Positions 61,916 through 64,000 of a DNA stretch of 64,000 bases are shown piece after piece. The stretch comes from Azolla caroliniana (Eukaryota > Plantae > Polypodiophyta). Position 1 is the stretch's first letter. The number at the start of each line of letters is the position of its first letter. A program made the position numbers and the translations under genes. Below the pieces are notes generated by a model. That model was not told the origin of the DNA, made no database searches, and worked only from the letters and a program-made list of their open reading frames with translations. The stretch lies in contig JBHGNT010000014.1 in assembly GCA_043228905.1 (NCBI GenBank), positions 8,308,001 through 8,372,000 on the forward strand, read 5' to 3'.

Positions 61916-64000
61916 TTACACATCCGTAGGTCCCTTCGGACCCTTACCGTTTTCCTTACGGGTTGCCGTGTCTTCCTTCGTCTCTGCTACGGGTTCCCCG
62001 TCGTCTTTTTCTTCCATCCGTACCGTTCCGGGACAGGTTCCCGGTATAGTGCCGGTGAGCTGCATAAACGGGTTCTTTGGCATCGGTCCTTTATAGGGCT
62101 TTAGTCGAAATCCGTTCACCCACTTGCCTAGTACTTCACCGGCAAGTGTCCCTATCTGATAGGACCCGTTGTATTCCCGTGTCAGCCAATACGGGCCTGT
62201 CCATCTGAACCGGAGTTTACCCGGCATCTTGCCCATCCTCGTTTGGAATACTAGAACCGGCTTTCCGATTTCGAACATCTTTTCGTTACCTTTCCGGTGA
62301 CGGTCAACGAACGCTTTCCGTCGTCGTTGCTCCAGGTCCATGTGTAGGATGTTGGCCAGCCATTGCTCCTCCAGTTCGCATAGTGCTGCTAGCGGCATTT
62401 CCTCCGACTTCTTTTCATTCAGCCGTTCCCGTAGTTGGATCCGTAAGCTTGGTACCTGAAATTCCACCGGCATGACTGCCTCTAAGACGAACGCTAACCG
62501 GAACGGCGTTGTCCGGATACTTGTTTTGTATGCCGTTCGGTACGCCCATAGCGCGCTATGGAGCTTTGTGTCCCAGTCCGTCCGGTTTTCATTGACGATT
62601 TTGCGGAGAATGTTCTACAGCGTTTTGTTGGTGGACTCTGCTAACCCGTTCGCTTGTGGGTAGTACGGTGTGCTCCGTTTATGAACCACGGCATAGAACG
62701 TTGTTAAGCTTTCCACTACCTGGCCGAGGAAGTGCCCTCCTTGGTCGCTGATTAATTCAATCGGACATCCATATCGGCACCAAATGTTCTCGTACAGGAA
62801 TTTTGTTGTGGATGACGCGGTATTGTCTCTCAAGGCCTTAGCCTCCACCCATTTAGTGCAATAATCCGTTGCCACGATGACATAACGATTACCCGTTCTC
62901 ATTGCCGGTGGCTTGAACGGTCCGACAAAATCCAACCCCCACTTCTGGAATGGCTCTAGTGGAAGTACTGGTTGGTGTGGCGTCCGTGCTTGCTCCGTAG
63001 GCTGGCCCATTTGCTGGCATAGGTCACATTCCTTAGCATACTTGACGGCGTCTTTTAACGTCGTGGGCCACCATAAGCCGCTCTGCCATACTTTCCTTGC
63101 CGTCGCTTCCCCGGCATAGTGTCCTCCGGCAACCCCACAGTGTGCTTCCCGTAAGATTACTTCTTTCTCGTCACTACGGACTGCCCATCTCCATATTCCA
63201 TCTGCTCCTTTGTGGTAGAGAGTGTCCCGTAACAGACAGAAATTGCGGCTCTGCACCGCCAGTCGTTTCCTCTCGTCCCGGTTCATTTCCTCTGGTGGCA
63301 GGCCCGTGCTTAGGAACTGGTGCATGTTTGTCAGCCACCTATCTTCTGATGCCACCGTGTCGTCCGCTGCCGTTTCCGGGGTAATACGGAATAACTCTGC
63401 GTCCGGGAATTCATCCGCTACTCCGTCGCCTGGTTCTCCGGACTCTAACCGGCTCAGGTAGTCTGCTACGGCATGCTGGATACCGGGCCGGTGGAAAATC
63501 TCGAATTCGAACTCCTGCAACAGCAAGGTCCAACGGGCCAACTTACCGGTCAGGGACGCCTTGGACACTAAGTACAGGAGCGCCGAGTGATCCACATGAA
63601 AGGAGAACTTCCTTCCCAATAGGTAATGACGAAACTTTGTGACACTGTAGATCATGCCCAGGGCCTCCCGTTCCGTCGTTGAATAGTTCTTCTCCGCTTG
63701 GGACAGCTTCCGGCTGGCGTAATATACCGGCCGGTACCATTTGGGCTCCGTAAGTTGCATTAAGGCGCTGCCGATAGCGATGTCGGAAGCGTCAACGAAC
63801 ACATGAAATTCCTTGCTCCAATCCGGAGGCTGCACGACGGGTGCTTGCGATAAAAGTACCTTAAGGGCATTGTATGCCTTATCCTCCGTATCCGTCCATT
63901 GGAACGGTGTCTGATGTACCGCGGTGTGTAATGGTGTAGCCAAGTCAGCCAAGTGACGGAGCATCCGGCTGTGCCACCGGATCTGTCCTAAAAATCGGCT
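61916..64000 (-). pseudogene. pol: pol: RNase H + integrase with one in-frame stop at 62615-62617
   Basis: FVDASDIAIG, NYSTTEREAL, AHCGVAGGH..CDLCQ, WGLDFVGP, ISDQGGHF, NGLAES, WTGPY. Confidence 0.93.

Larger units (their letters stand above)
58435..64000 (-). mobile_element. Non-chromoviral Ty3, 3' portion: RH-IN, extra ORF, 3' LTR 58853->58435
   Basis: LTR TGTTACC...ATAACA with CTATTTAAAG TATA-like box on minus; pol on minus runs toward it; tRNA-end motif rather than PPT at 58856-58873. Confidence 0.88.

Overview
AT/GC-patchy eukaryotic DNA, most likely from a non-seed land plant (inferred from the Tcn1-type chromoviruses, Ylt1-like Ty3 elements and (GA)n tracts). It is almost entirely nested transposons and I see no convincing host gene. 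Contents: (1) four copies of a tRNA-Trp-primed Ty3/Gypsy family, two with matched 4-bp TSDs: an apparently intact gag-pro/pol copy at 1-4337, gag-only derivatives at 11389-21915 and 44759-48100, and a solo LTR at 34749-35495; (2) Ty1/Copia copies, near complete at 13730-19525; (3) two Tcn1-like chromoviruses (24181-29669 and a fragmented one from 31792); (4) a LINE remnant; (5) a ~15.6 kb (net) non-chromoviral Ty3 element at 37176-56125; (6) a 'TGTTACC'-LTR family (5521-6805, 32164-34730, 57096-58015, 58435-64000). The most unusual signals are: a tRNA-Arg 3'-end copy (inverted PBS) where the polypurine tract should be, giving a two-PBS architecture; antisense tRNA-like A/B-box cassettes in the U3 of two unrelated LTR lineages; and a second aspartic-protease domain fused downstream of integrase. 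All coordinates and comparisons were made by eye, and tRNA identities rely on recalled plant tRNA 3' ends.
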